A DNA stretch of 64,000 nucleotides from Paraphysomonas bandaiensis (GCA_965644295.1 CBFFRP010000151.1:1-64000); one strand, 5' to 3'; shown: positions 35,948-49,251, counted from the first letter of the stretch. The notes: generated from the sequence alone by a model not told the origin. Program-made: numbers and translations.

Positions 35948-38900
35948 TCACGTCAAGAACCGCTCGTCGACTAATGTTTTTCTTGCAATAACGTTCTGTT
36001 CAATAATTAGACATAGTTATGGATTCACAAGAATTGACGATTTACCTGGCCGATATCGTCTCTGAGCTTGCATATAAGCAAGTCCAGCAAGTAGCAGAGA
36101 AGTATGGAGGTAGCAGTGGAGTTGAACCACAAGTCAAACATAGCATATGAGAGTACATTCAAAAGTAGAAGATCAAGCTCGCGTCCAAGAAAGAGAACAG
36201 AGGAGTAACTAAAATACTCGTCCGGATAGAAAACACATGGTTGACCTGGCGCTGTAAGATCGGGAGGTACTCGCATGAGCTTTTCAAGATAAGTTGGAAG
36301 CTTCACCTTCCTTCTGAGATCTGGAACATTAAAATTGTTTTCTATGAAACCCTGGAGGAAAGCATTTAACTCCCCCCAAGCTTTGATAACTCTGTCTGTG
36401 GGAGTTGCTCGATTCTGACCGAGTGAACCACGCCCCTGCCCTCGACGAGAGGCAGCAGTGGAGGCAGCGTTGCTTAGCAATCCACACAGGTCACCAGTAT
36501 CTGGTGGTACCAGAGTAGAGCATATTTTGTCGTATCTTCTGCGCCATTCTGCCGTGACGAAAACTTCAAAGCTCTGAACATCGGGAGGAGCACCTTCCAA
36601 CGAGCGGTCCACCGTTAATCCTACTTCCTCTTTGTGTAACATGCTAACTAACTCAGACATCGACCCATCCGCATACTGATGTGGTGACCGGCAATGAAGA
36701 TAGAAACCGTGATAGGGCTCGTCCATTACAATCAGACTCACCTTCGCAATAGTGCACATATCCACAAAAATTTGCTCTTTCGGCTCGGATATGTACCGCT
36801 CATAAATGATGAAACGCCAAAGCAGCTGAGCGGAAGACACCACGAACCACCACCACGTTGTGTTGGCGAACCTCAATATGATATTGTGTCGACCATCCTG
36901 GAGGTTATCCAAGTCAGGCTGTTGTGTAGCATTGTTTTCAAGCCCCAGTCCAATCAGAAAGAAACCAATGAAGAGCAACGAAAAGCGTACATCTGTGCGC
37001 CGAATTGATTGCATTTCATTCCACTCATTAGCCACAAGTATGGTCCGCCAAACAGATACTCCGCCTGTTCCATCTTTAGCTTTACTCTTCGACGGTTCCC
37101 AGTCAATAAAAAATATGTCAGCGTTCGCCTGACGGTACACCATATGGGCAACATACCCTAACTGGAAAAAGAATAAGAGGTGCAACATAGAAACGAAGAC
37201 GTTATAGTCAGATCCCGATGAATATATATCTTCCATTGGCGGGAGCATGACCGCCACGGTGTCTTGTATCTTGAAAAAAACGAACCAGTACTGACACACC
37301 AAAAGGGTCATTGGAAAGAACACTTGTACCCAACAGTGCATGGCGATAGCAGACACATCCATTAATACGGATAAAGTTAGCCCATTAGTTCCCTGCCCTT
37401 GTACTGCAACAGCAGCAAGGGGGCGGGTGTTGCGTGTTCGCCAATTGAAGTACCTCAACAGAAAAAGCAGAACGAACAACACAATCCCAGCGATGAAGAA
37501 GCCGTCAAGAATAGAAAAAAAATCATCGGTGTTCATAGAGTACCGAGCATCGAAATGTGTTTCTGTATAAGCCTCAGACCGGCGCGACTCCCAACCACTG
37601 GTAGAGGCATCTTTGTACTGAATTGTTAAGACAGGGACGTATATCTGCTCCGGGTCGTCTTCTCGAATTTGTACATCGAGAAATATTGTGTCTGCATACC
37701 TCACAACTACTGGGGCATATGAACCGTCAGACAAAGGAGTCTGAAAAGACGCATCGGTTAACCCGGATACGATGTCGAACAGCATGAACCGCCGGACGTG
37801 GACCTCGCCTGAGGCGCACACCTCACCATCTACCCGTAGAGAGTTAGGGCTAGAGCCGTCCTGCTTCAGATTAGTGACACGAACTGGAACCGGCACCAGT
37901 CCCCCAGTTTTACTGTCCAATAGGTAGAGATCGTAAAAAAACTGCTCTTGGTCGAGTAGCATAAACAGGTCGCATTTAAATGATAAATACTCTGTGCTGC
38001 CAAATATTTGCCATTGTGTGCTTGATGAAGTTCCCCCACCCCTATCAGACGCCGGGGCAGCACGTGGGCAATAAGAAAAGAGAGTCTCCACATCCTCGTA
38101 ACCAATAAATGTGCCGTTCATTGCGTATTTGGCCACTACATATTGCAAATGTAAAGAATCAAGATTCATTTTCATCTGTACACTCTTGTCTTTGCAAGGG
38201 TTGCCACTATCGGAGTAATAGAGCCAAGGCATACCATATCCCCAATTAGGAATACCATTGAGGATGTTCTCATCCCGACCTGCTGTAATACTAGCAAATG
38301 TAGAGCATGGCAAGGCATCACTGTCGTACAAGTGCAGCACACACAGGTTCGCCAGCACCTGACAATCAAAATTGTTTTCTGGAGACCCATAATACGTGCA
38401 TCCTGTGGCGGCTTTAGCATAATAATGCTGTATGGTTGTAGAGGTTCGGGTGCCAATACTGTAGGTCACTTGAGACGCCTGGGTCGTCGACGACACAAAA
38501 GGAGACGCAAGGGATGTTAACAAACAACTCTGAGATCCAATAACTGTCTGCCCAACCTTCGTGTACCCAGAAGCACAAGAACAGGAGGCAACATCACCAG
38601 TAATCGCCATAGACATATGTTCATCGGGACAAGACTGACAGGCATATGGATTTGCCTCTAGCCACACCCCCGCCACTTTCTGAGATACGGAAATGACTCC
38701 TTTCCCGGCGGGACAGTCACCGCACTGCTTAGACGGAAGTTTGTTACCAGCGGCATCTGTTTCTAGCAATACCTCGGGACATGTACACTCACCATCTTCT
38801 AAACCACCTGTAGTGGCTCCACATGGTACACATGAAGTATCATCAGAATAACTTGTATTACCAGATGATAAACATGATACACATGTAATTCCTTGACATG

Positions 38901-39222
38901 TTCCTGATGTATCCTATTATACAGATCAATCTCAAACATTTCATATGATCTCAATAGTTTAGATCTTTACCTGTGAACAATCATTCTCTATCTCCATATA
39001 TCCATCACGGCATATACATGAGAGCATATTGCCATACATATCCGTTATAGAGGAATCAGGTATGAGATCATACCCTCCTGTATGATTACAATATTGACAT
39101 GTTAAAGATGCAATATCATAGTATTGATTTGTGAAACACTGAGTGTTATATGTATGAATTAATTGAATAGAGTGTGTATATATGAGAAGATGTGTATATA
39201 TGAGAAACTGGATAAAGAGCAT
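35948..39222 (-). CDS. TMEM67: Meckelin (ciliary transition-zone protein), 3 exons
   Basis: Cys-rich N-terminus, CQVLANLCVL, DIFFIDWE, SVWRTILVANEWNEMQ, HGFYLHCRSPHQYAD; last exon NVIARKTLVDERFLT* (35995-35948). Confidence 0.96.
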
Positions 39223-39663
39223 GATTTAATGAGTGATCATATGATGAATCAGATAGGAAGATAGTGGGAATGAAGAGGGAAAGAGGATTGAAGAGTTGGA
39301 TTGATGTTATGAGATATGTATGTATATCTTATGAGATAAATTAATTATGATGTATGTATGTATGTATGTATGTACCTGTTAATTATATAATAGATGTACT
39401 GATAGATATATGTATGTACTGATGTATGTATATATGTACTGATAGATGTACTAATAGATGTGATGATGTTATAAGTACTGATATGTGTGATGATATATGT
39501 ATGAATGTATGTACTGATGTATGTACTGGTGTACCAAAAGAAGTTACTAAGGAAGACAGATAGAAGAGTTAAGCCTATGAATATACAGTTCAGTGAAGTG
39601 ACTGAAGTTAAAGTAGAAGTGAAGAGAGTGATTTAAATACACCACACTCCTATTTGAAATTTG

Positions 39664-39665
<2 letters not shown>

Positions 39666-39695
<30 letters not shown>

Positions 39696-40214
39696 TGTAT
39701 GTATGTATGTATGTATGTATGTATGTATGTATGTATGTATGTATGTATGTATGTATGTATGTATGTATGTATGTATGTATGTATGTATGTATGTATGTAT
39801 GTATGTATGTATGTATGTATGTATGTATGTATGTATGTATGTATGTATGTATGTATGTATGTATGTATGTATGTATGTATGTATGTATGTATGTATGTAT
39901 GTATGTATGTATGTATGTATGTATGTATGTATGTATGTATGTATGTATGTATGTATGTATGTATGTATGTATGTATGTATGTATGTATGTATGTATGTAT
40001 GTATGTATGTATGTATGTATGTATGTATGTATGTATGTATGTATGTATGTATGTATGTATGTATGTATGTATGTATGTATGTATGTATGTATGTATGTAT
40101 GTATGTATGTATGTATGTATGTATGTATGTATGTATGTATGTATGTATGTATGTATGTATGTATGTATGTATGTATGTATGTATGTATGTATGTATGTAT
40201 GTATGTATGTATGT
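39666..40214. repeat. (TATG)n microsatellite, about 137 perfect units, between divergent genes
   Basis: Seen directly. Confidence 0.98.
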
Positions 40215-40328
40215 GGTATGCAGTCCTTATATATGTAGCATATATACTCACTTATATATATGAGTATACACATATATATGTATATATATATCGAGAGTGT
40301 CATCTTATCTATCATCTGAATATCTCCG

Positions 40329-41186
40329 ATGAGATTAAATGGCTTTACAATCATTCGACTGCTTCTGTTTGTATGTTCTCTGCAGTATACGCTCTCTTTG
40401 AGGTATATCAGTATGGTTAGCGGGGGATGTCAAGGGAGCTCCATTACACAGCATTATCTTCGTGTATTTCTAGAAGAACTTGGACATGTTTTATGTAAAG
40501 CTCCAAGCGAACCGTTTCATGTGATATTTCCGGATAGTACACACGATGTAATGAACTTACAGCAATTTCAATACTATGAATCGCAGTGCTTATCATCAAA
40601 TGCCACTGCTTTCATATATAAGTTATCACATATGAAGAATGATACTGTGAATACGTATCTGGCTGAAAGAAATGCGATGAGATTTCGTCTGATTCGAAGA
40701 AATGCACTTGATCACAAAATATGTTCAATTAGAGACTGCTTTGACCGAAGTCCGAAACATGGGTTTCCTTGTGATAGCAAAGGCAATCCTAACCACGTAT
40801 GTATGAAACGACGTCGCGATCCCAATGCCACTAGCCTGGCTTGTGTTAATCCAGAGGGGTTTATCTCGGTAGTGGCTAATATGCATAATGAACAGAAGCG
40901 AGTGATAGCTACTGACCCTACTACTGTCTTATCTGAGAATTTGTTGGCCTTTCAGTACAACTTCGACGGTGCGCTAGATATAAGCATGCAAGAGTGGCAT
41001 CGCCTTTTATCGAGCATTGGTGAAAAAGTGACATTAAGAAGAGTACAACAACTTCTTTGGGAGCTGGATTGGACTCCTCGAAGCTACACTCCTCAACGGA
41101 AGGAGATATACAACTATGACGCTTTTGAAAAAGCACTTATGGGGCATGGAAAAGAGGAGCTTATTGCTATGCTCCGGCGGTATTGA
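40329..41186 (+). CDS. Signal-anchored protein, possibly P-loop sulfotransferase-like
   Basis: N-terminal hydrophobic segment; SGGCQGSS and IRRNALDHKICS resemble degenerate PAPS-binding motifs. Confidence 0.6.
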   Translation: MRLNGFTIIRLLLFVCSLQYTLSLRYISMVSGGCQGSSITQHYLRVFLEELGHVLCKAPSEPFHVIFPDSTHDVMNLQQFQYYESQCLSSNATAFIYKLSHMKNDTVNTYLAERNAMRFRLIRRNALDHKICSIRDCFDRSPKHGFPCDSKGNPNHVCMKRRRDPNATSLACVNPEGFISVVANMHNEQKRVIATDPTTVLSENLLAFQYNFDGALDISMQEWHRLLSSIGEKVTLRRVQQLLWELDWTPRSYTPQRKEIYNYDAFEKALMGHGKEELIAMLRRY

Positions 41187-41950
41187 CTTTTGTCACTTGA
41201 TATATTCTTTTAGAGCGATATTTCGCTAGTTTGGTGTAACTAATTGGTGTTTGGTTCGCCTCTATTGAAGGGAAACGTGGAGTATAGATTATAGATTCGA
41301 GAAAACATGTATAGACGGAGTTTAAGAAACTATAGTACGTTGATGTGCATTTAGGCTGACTTTGAACAACTCTGTGTAGTAGCTAGTAGCTAGGTATCAG
41401 CTAATTCTCTAATATAACCTTTTTCGTGATTGAACACAAGAACAAGAATAGGATGGCATGCTACTGTTATATGTACTAATATACTAGAAAAAGAGTATGA
41501 TGAAAACTATGACTGAAGATATTCATTAAATTTTTAGAGTATTTTTCCCATCTATTAGATGTGTATTATCGAATTATCCAATGATACTGTCGAACTTTAC
41601 AAAATTAGCCATGAAGTTATTGCACTTTGAATCTAAGGGAGTAGCAGAAAAGATCCAGATGGCAGGATGTGACACTCCTACCTCCTACTAAAGTTAAATG
41701 GTCTTGATGAGCCAGGACAGGATGTATGATGCAAACATCATACATCCTACTTATACACGCAAATTTTAAGCATGCATACTGCACTTGAACTTAATGTATT
41801 TTCTTCATCAACTACGATGAAAATAAATTTTCATAGTCAGTTATGACTAGTCTGATACACCGATATTGAATACGGTGCGTTAATGCACAGGGATTCGTAG
41901 TTAGACTGATACCACTAATTAGTGATAGTAAGATGCAATACAATTATTGG

Positions 41951-42478
41951 AGCTTATCTAAGCCTATGTAAGCCTATCTAAGTGTATCTAAGTCTATGTA
42001 AGCCTATCTAAGTGTATCTAAGTCTATGTAAGCCTATCTAAGTGTATCTAAGTCTATGTAAGCCTATGTAAGTGTATGTAAGCCTATCTAAGCAAGTGTA
42101 TCTAAGTCTATGTAAGCCTATCTAAGTGTATCTAAGTGTATCTAAGTCTATGTAAGCCTATGTAAGTCTATGTAAGCCTATGTAAGTCTATGTAAGCCTA
42201 TGTAAGTCTATGTAAGCCTATGTAAGTCTATCTAAGTGTGTCTAAGTCTATGTAAGCCTATGTAAGTCTATGTAAGTCTATGTAAGTCTATGTAAGCCTA
42301 TGTAAGTCTATGTAAGCCTATGTAAGTCTAAGTAAGCCTATGTAAGCCTATGTAAGTCTATGTAAGCCTATGGAAGTCTATCTAAGTGTGTCTAAGTCTA
42401 TGTAAGCCTATGTAAGTCTATGTAAGCCTATGTAAGTCTATGTAAGTCTATGGAAGTCTATCTAAGTGTGTCTAAGTC
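41951..42478. repeat. 10-bp minisatellite (AAGTCTATGT / AAGCCTATGT / AAGTGTATCT variants), about 52 units
   Basis: Seen directly. Confidence 0.95.
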
Positions 42479-43170
42479 GTGCTCTTGCCATTTATTATTA
42501 CTATGTACAAGCATCAAGAGCCCATATGTTTGATAGGGCTATACATGCTACAGGGATCATAATCTCAGAGGAGTGAATCAAGTGAGAGGGGATAAGATGG
42601 TGTAGATGTGAACTATATATACATGTGATGAAGTAATGAGGGGCTCCATGCGGTCTATGCATGTATGTGTGTGTGGGTGTTCTGTATGTATGTGTGTGTA
42701 TCTGCTGCGGTATTATTCATATGATCATACGAGTCTCTCTCCTCATGAGGAGCACACACCACTATACACCACTATGACCACACACGGTTGATAGTCCTCA
42801 CTCGTGTCTGTGAGTAGAGGCAGCAGCAGAGCCTCTGAATCATGTACTCATATATGCATATATCCACATCACATTCACTTCGAAGTGACTCAGAGGTATA
42901 CCCCCATATACGCACACGTATACCTATGTATACCATATACACAGTATACAGAGAATACCGGTAGGTATATGTACGTATGTATGTAAGTAGGTACAGGTAG
43001 CTAGGTACAGGTAGATATTCATGATTGGTCATCATTTATTTCATCGAAAAGTTATTGTTTTTTTATTGAAAAGTCACTTTTTTTCACTTTTTAACTAAAA
43101 AAACGATGATTTTTCAATGAAAAAAAACAATGAACAAGTCAATAAAATCGATATGCACTGCTTTGTCCAG

Positions 43171-43341
43171 GGGGTGGTTGTGCATATCGATTTCATCGAT
43201 TTGTTCATCGTTTATTTCATTGAAAAGTCATCGATTTTTCAGTGAAAAGTGAAAAAAAGTGACTTTTTAATGAAAAATCGATGACTTTTCAATGAAGTAA
43301 ACGATGAACAAATCGATGAAATCGATATGCACAACCACCCC
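43171..43341. mobile_element. Foldback MITE with ~71-bp TIRs and CAG target duplication (PIF/Harbinger-like), with an older inverted copy at ~43025-43160
   Basis: GGGGTGGTTGTGCATATCGATTTCATCG...CGATGAAATCGATATGCACAACCACCCC; CAG at 43168-70 and 43342-44. Confidence 0.88.
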
Positions 43342-43424
43342 CAGTACTAACTATACTATACTATCGTACACTACTATACTACGTACTACTTTGTACACTC
43401 TCCTCTCCACCCCATATCACAATA

Positions 43425-43788
43425 TACATACATACATACATACATACATACATACATACATACATACATACATACATACATACATACATACATACATACA
43501 TACATACATACATACATACATACATACATACATACATACATACATACATACATACATACATACATACATACATACATACATACATACATACATACATACA
43601 TACATACATACATACATACATACATACATACATACATACATACATACATACATACATACATACATACATACATACATACATACATACATACATACATACA
43701 TACATACATACATACATACATACATACATACATACATACATACATACATACATACATACATACATACATACATACATACATACATACA

Positions 43789-43818
<30 letters not shown>
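43425..43818. repeat. (CATA)n microsatellite, about 98 units
   Basis: Seen directly. Confidence 0.98.
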
Positions 43819-43819
<1 letters not shown>

Positions 43820-43861
43820 TCCTACATACATACATACATACACCATACAGCAGTATATATA

Positions 43862-44014
43862 CGTATCGACATCCTTTGAATATTTTTGTTTAAAGATGCC
43901 TCTAATATTGAGACAATAATTATCTGTATTCTAGCCGTAGTTGTATTGCAGTAATATAGAAGAAATTTTGCTTCAATTTATTTCCGAAAAAGAAGATGCT
44001 GACTACCCGATACA
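43862..44014 (+). mobile_element. 151-bp module/MITE family A, copy 6 (153 bp)
   Basis: Termini CGTATCGACA...TACCCGATAC plus the conserved core. Confidence 0.93.
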
Positions 44015-44086
44015 CATATGCATATGAATCAATTCACATTTATAAGAAGCGCCATACCACACACTTATAGATACCATACAACAACA

Positions 44087-46614
44087 ATGAATTCAATACA
44101 AGATATATGTTATCAATATCTTCATGGACTTGATACAGATATACTTCATTATATTATTGATCTCATTGAATCATATGAAGATACGGATATCACTGAATTA
44201 CAAACTATGATCAGTGAGTTTCTTACTAGCACTGATTATATAAATACAGATGATGAAGCATTACAATATACAAAAAAACTATTAAATGATTGTAATCTTA
44301 AGAATTCATTCAATACGAAACATGACCATGAAAATACACAAGTATTATCGGATGAAATTAAAAAAAAATTAATTAAGATCGATACTATACATACACAACA
44401 TCACACTGTGTTTAATGCAACATCATCAACTTCATCATCATTACCATCAACTTCATCATCATTACCATCAACTTCATCATCATTACCATCAACTTCATCA
44501 TCATTACCATCTAAAGTTTCAATACCATTTATAGAAAAATGTCATGAAAAAAAAGAAAATGAAAAGAAACATAAGAGTAATAAACATATTCCTCCTGTGG
44601 ATAAGGTGAAAGGACAAGTTCAAGAGATTGATAATGAATTAGAAGCTGCTCAAATTGCTGCTGCAATTGCTCGTTCACGAGAGGGGGCATATAATGGTGC
44701 CTTGGAAGCATCTGGATTCACCCTTGCGAACCCAGGTGGAGGACCTCCATTGCTAGAGAATGCATCTTGTACACTTCTACGTGGCCGTCGGTATGCACTT
44801 ATTGGGAGAAATGGAAAGGGAAAGACGACTTTGTTAAGGGCTTTGGCAGCACGTCAAGTGGGAGACATTCCAGTCAATGTCACGGTCCATTATGTTTCAC
44901 AGGAAGTTAAACTGACCCCTACCACACGAGAGTGGACACCCGTACAGTGTGTGCTTGAGGCTCATGTCGAGCGACGCTTATTGTTATCGGAGTCACAGCA
45001 ATTGGAGGAGAAAAGTATAAAGGAGGGATTAACTGAATCTGAAAGAGAACGACAGTGTGAAGTAATGGAGCAACTGGAGCTCATCGATTCTGATTCCGCG
45101 GAAAGGCGAGCTGAAGAGCTGCTGAAAAACTTGGGTTTCTCTGAAGAGATGCGCGCCCGCCCATTAAAGGAGCTCTCCGGAGGGTGGAGAGTTCGAGCCT
45201 CATTAGCAGCTGCGATTTTTGCCGAACCAGATTTATTGCTTCTGGATGGTAAGTTCTGATACAACCTTTGTTACGGTGTCGCGGTGTGTACATCCTAGCC
45301 TATGTGATTATCTCTTTGGAAAGATAGTAACTTGTTTTTATAGAGCCTACCAATCACCTTTCTATTTTGGCCGTCCTCTGGTTAGCTCGTGAGTTATCTA
45401 CTTCCGATGTGTGGAAGGATCGGATAGTTGTGGTGGTGTCTCATGATAGGTATTTCATTGATGAGGTGTGTACTGATACGCTTCATATTTCTGGAGTAGC
45501 CAAGAGGCTCACTCAAACTAGAGGGAATTACTCTGCCTGGTCTTCTAGGAGGAAAGAACAGCAGCTTGCCTTTTCGCGAGAAGCTGCAGGACGTGAGGCC
45601 GAGATTGAGCGGTTGAAGGAATACGCTGGTCACGGATTTCGGTATGGGGGATCGTCTTCGCAGATTAACAAGATGCAAATGAAAGCCAAACAAGCCGAGA
45701 AGCTCGAGTCGGAGGCGGCTAATCAGGCAGAAGAGCTGGCAGCATTGCAGGAAGATGTTGAACTGCCTTTAACTCTCCATGCTGGAGGAGAGGTGGAAGG
45801 ATTCCTAGTCCAAATGCTTGGGGTTGGTTTCGGATATCCTGGACATGCTAAATTGTTTTCCAATGCAGACTTCAGTGTCACAAGTAAATCGCGTATAGTG
45901 ATTCTTGGAGAGAATGGAAATGGCAAAACTACACTTGTGAAACTCATGTTAGGCGAACTATTACCTACAGAGGGCGAGATCAAGAGAGACCCTAGAGGTC
46001 GTTTCGCCCTTGTAAACCAGCACCACGCAGACCAGATCCCCCTCGATATGACGCCATTACAGTTCATGTTATCGAAGTTTCCTGGGGATGGAAGTTATGA
46101 TCATACCCTAAAGTTGAGGTCTCAACTAGCCAGTTGTGGAGTTACTGGTGGCGATCCAGATCTTCAAAACACCCCATCTCTTGCGCTCTCTGGAGGTAAG
46201 AGTGGTGTGTTATCTACGAATGCTTTGTAGTATCGCCAATGTGATAGATTTCTGATGTACTGATTTTTTGACGTGTGTAGGTCAGCGTTCACGAGTGGCA
46301 CTCGCTGCAGTTTCTTACACGAGGCCACACGTTCTTGTGCTTGACGGTAGGTGTATGCAAATGGTAGCGTGCTCTGTTGATTTGCGCAATTTTTAGAGCC
46401 CACTAACAACCTGGATTTGGAATCTGTGGCAGCCTTGGCGCAGTCCGTTAAAAATTTCGAAGGGGCGGTTGTTGTAGTATCACACGATCATTACTTTGTA
46501 TCAGAAGTGGCTGATGAAGCTTGGGTTGTTAATGGGGGCACTGTAACGCGAATTTCGTCGTTTGAGGCTTATCGGAACAAGCAACTTGCAAAGTTGAACA
46601 AAAAATCAAAATAG
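44087..46614 (+). CDS. ABCF3: ABC-F family translation factor (GCN20/ABCF3-like); join(44087..45248,45344..46195,46281..46346,46397..46614)
   Basis: Two NBDs (GRNGKGKTT/LSGGW/LLDEPTNHL and GENGNGKTT/LSGGQR/VLDEPTNNLD), no TM segments, ABCF3-like helical N-terminus. Confidence 0.9.
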
Positions 46615-47424
46615 TTGATTGTAGTCACTTATGTAAGCGATATTAAAGTAAATGATTTAGCAACTTAATAGCTTAAAATACCTCTTTAACTAATAGTTTT
46701 TTGGGAAATAGCAACATATGTTCTATGTGCACTTGTGCATTGAAGCTTTACGTTATAAGACTGCATGAATTTACAGCGCACACTGAATGCTGAATTTATC
46801 CTATATAGTATCGAAAAAGTGCTTTATCTCTCACCTCTCACTATGATAGAAGGAGCTATGATATTTATATAGTAACTATAAAACTATAATTGTGTTAGGG
46901 AAAAGTCTCTAATACGGTATTTAATTATTGATGCAAACCTCAGCATGTACATATTTTTTTATGTTCGTGAATACGCTACCTATGCAATGAATGAATATAA
47001 CTATTATAACATTGTAACTCACTATGCAAAGTCTGTGACTGTACGCGATATGCTTGTATACTATTAGTTTTCTAGTACCTTTAGCTTTTAGCAATAATAT
47101 TAGGTCTTATTTTTTATTGTAGAGTCTCGCTCTAAAAGGTTGAATAATCATTATAGAATCTAACCCTCAACAAAGTCGGACTCTGGTGTTCTGGGGGATA
47201 AGTACCAGAGATATTTCTATGGGGCACGACGTGAGCCGCATATATAGTCAGCGGATAATATCTGCCCACTCATAGGACTAATTACTAATGCTTGTGTCAT
47301 GTGTAGACGTCTTTGGGCCTTGACGAATAAACAGGCATCCAGGAATGGGCCCACATTAAGGGTATCCGTGGTATTTGGCTGCTTGCTGAAGTCAAGCATC
47401 CGAGTTGTTTATCTTAAGCACTCT

Positions 47425-47595
47425 AAAATCCTGAAGTCAGCAGATGTCAGGTATATCACCTTTCTGCTTGCTCACTGCGTCTACTTTGAGTGATAGAAGA
47501 GCGATAAAGTGGTTGCACCTTCGTACTTGCGGTGACGCACAAACAGCTTTCGTAGCGTTAAATAGTAGGATATTAGAGTGAAGTGTTAGTTAACA
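47425..47595. repeat. Dispersed repeat shared with 17700-17852
   Basis: See the partner copy. Confidence 0.75.
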
Positions 47596-47718
47596 CTATC
47601 AAAACTAACAGAAGATTAACTAGAACAAATATTTTGAAGATAATTCTACTAAGTAAAATACTACCAAACTATACGATGTGATGAAAAACACACAATCTAA
47701 CTACTAGATGCATGATCA

Positions 47719-49251
47719 TTATACTTCAACAGTTTTGCTAGTTGAGGATTTCTGCTGCACATCGCTCCGTGGCGGTGCTACATGGTGTGATGAGTCGGGA
47801 AGAATTGGATCTCTATCCGACACCATGTTGGGCTTTGTAGTTTTAAACGCAAAAAGCACCATCACCAGGACAGCAACCACTGATATTACAATAATAGAAA
47901 GAAATACTGCATATACAGTGCCAGATCCAAGAGCACCCTCCTCACCATTATCACTATAGTTCGCACCATCTTCCGGCTCAGACACCTCGAACAGAGCAGA
48001 CATGCCCGCCATTCGGTGGCTCTGATGTCCACTGACCAGTGGCCAGATTCCAATCGACTCTGGGATCATATCTACTGTTGCATACCCTGGAGAAGAAAAT
48101 GCCACATAGTCCGAGTAATGTCCTGTGGAATCAGTTACTGGGTTGTTGGTCCACTCCACACGCTCTGTCTGTACATAGCTGTCGTCAGAGGCAGAGAGAA
48201 TATGCCAGCGCACCCTAGACTGGGCTGGGAAAGTTAGACCCATAGATGGGCCAAGGTTACCGAACATATAGCCGTTTATAGTTTTCCGGTAGGAGTTCGA
48301 TATTAGATCCTCGTCTTGGTACAAGTTGTCATCATCACCCTCCAGAGCTTTTAAGCTTTCGATCCAGAGCCTTATGATAGACATAACAAAATACCATCAA
48401 TTTATTGGAGTTGCAGAGATAAAATAAGTGAAAAGTGCACGATGCTTACCAGCTCTGTGACTCATCAAACTCGCTCAGCATAAGAACATGCTCGTGATCT
48501 ACATCACAAGGTCGGGCGGCACTTCGTTGTGAGTTCGAGGTTATAGCATTCGCGCGGACCACAACGATGGAACCTAAGAGGCCAGTATGCGAATCTCTGC
48601 CTAAGCTAGAGTCCGAATGGTACATCCATACCCTTGAGGAGAAAGACTGTCCATCCGGTCCAGAATCAGACAGAGCTAACCATGTATAAGTCGTTTCTTC
48701 ACCGTAGCCAATCTTATCGTCGAAACTCTACAGGCAAATCACCACAATTGCGGTACAGAAAACATGCATACCTGAGTATAGAAGAGACCATGAGGGCGTA
48801 TGTTGTAGTACTGACTTGAACAATTATTGTAGAAATGCACTTTAACTGTGTCCCCAACAACAGCTATAAGCAAACATAAGCTTCATACATATATATATAA
48901 TACTGATATATAACCTCTTATTGTTGGTCCTGTAACACCATTAACAGATGAATGAGTAAGTGGTATTGACCATTCACAACGATTCTTCTTCTTATTATAT
49001 TGATACTGTCGATAGACGGCTTTCTTAAATACTTTCCCAATATTCTTATCACTAGCTGTAAGTATCGCTTCCGCTTCATCTTCATACATGCCTGTAAGAT
49101 CCATTGTACTATTAAATGACATTGGTGCATAATTCCAATTAATATGATCAGCAGATATACAGTAATGACGTGTAGTTGTATGGTATGTGTATTGCTTATG
49201 ACATGATCCATATACAGTGATTAAACTAATCAAAGATATGAATATATGCAT
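47719..49251 (-). CDS. Two-domain ceruloplasmin/hephaestin-like cupredoxin membrane protein, 4 exons (49251-48915, 48863-48772, 48727-48450, 48370-47719)
   Basis: RHYCISADHINWNYAP, IGKVFKKAVYRQY, GPTIRAVVGD, WMYHS...TGLLGSIVV, INGYMFGNL, TVDMIP..GIWPL..HQSHRMAGM; signal peptide and C-terminal TM. Confidence 0.85.

Noticed and set aside
32637-43879. MYVC/IHTY repeat ORFs at 32637-33299, 39547-40420 and 43304-43879
   Set aside because: Translations of (CATA)n microsatellites.
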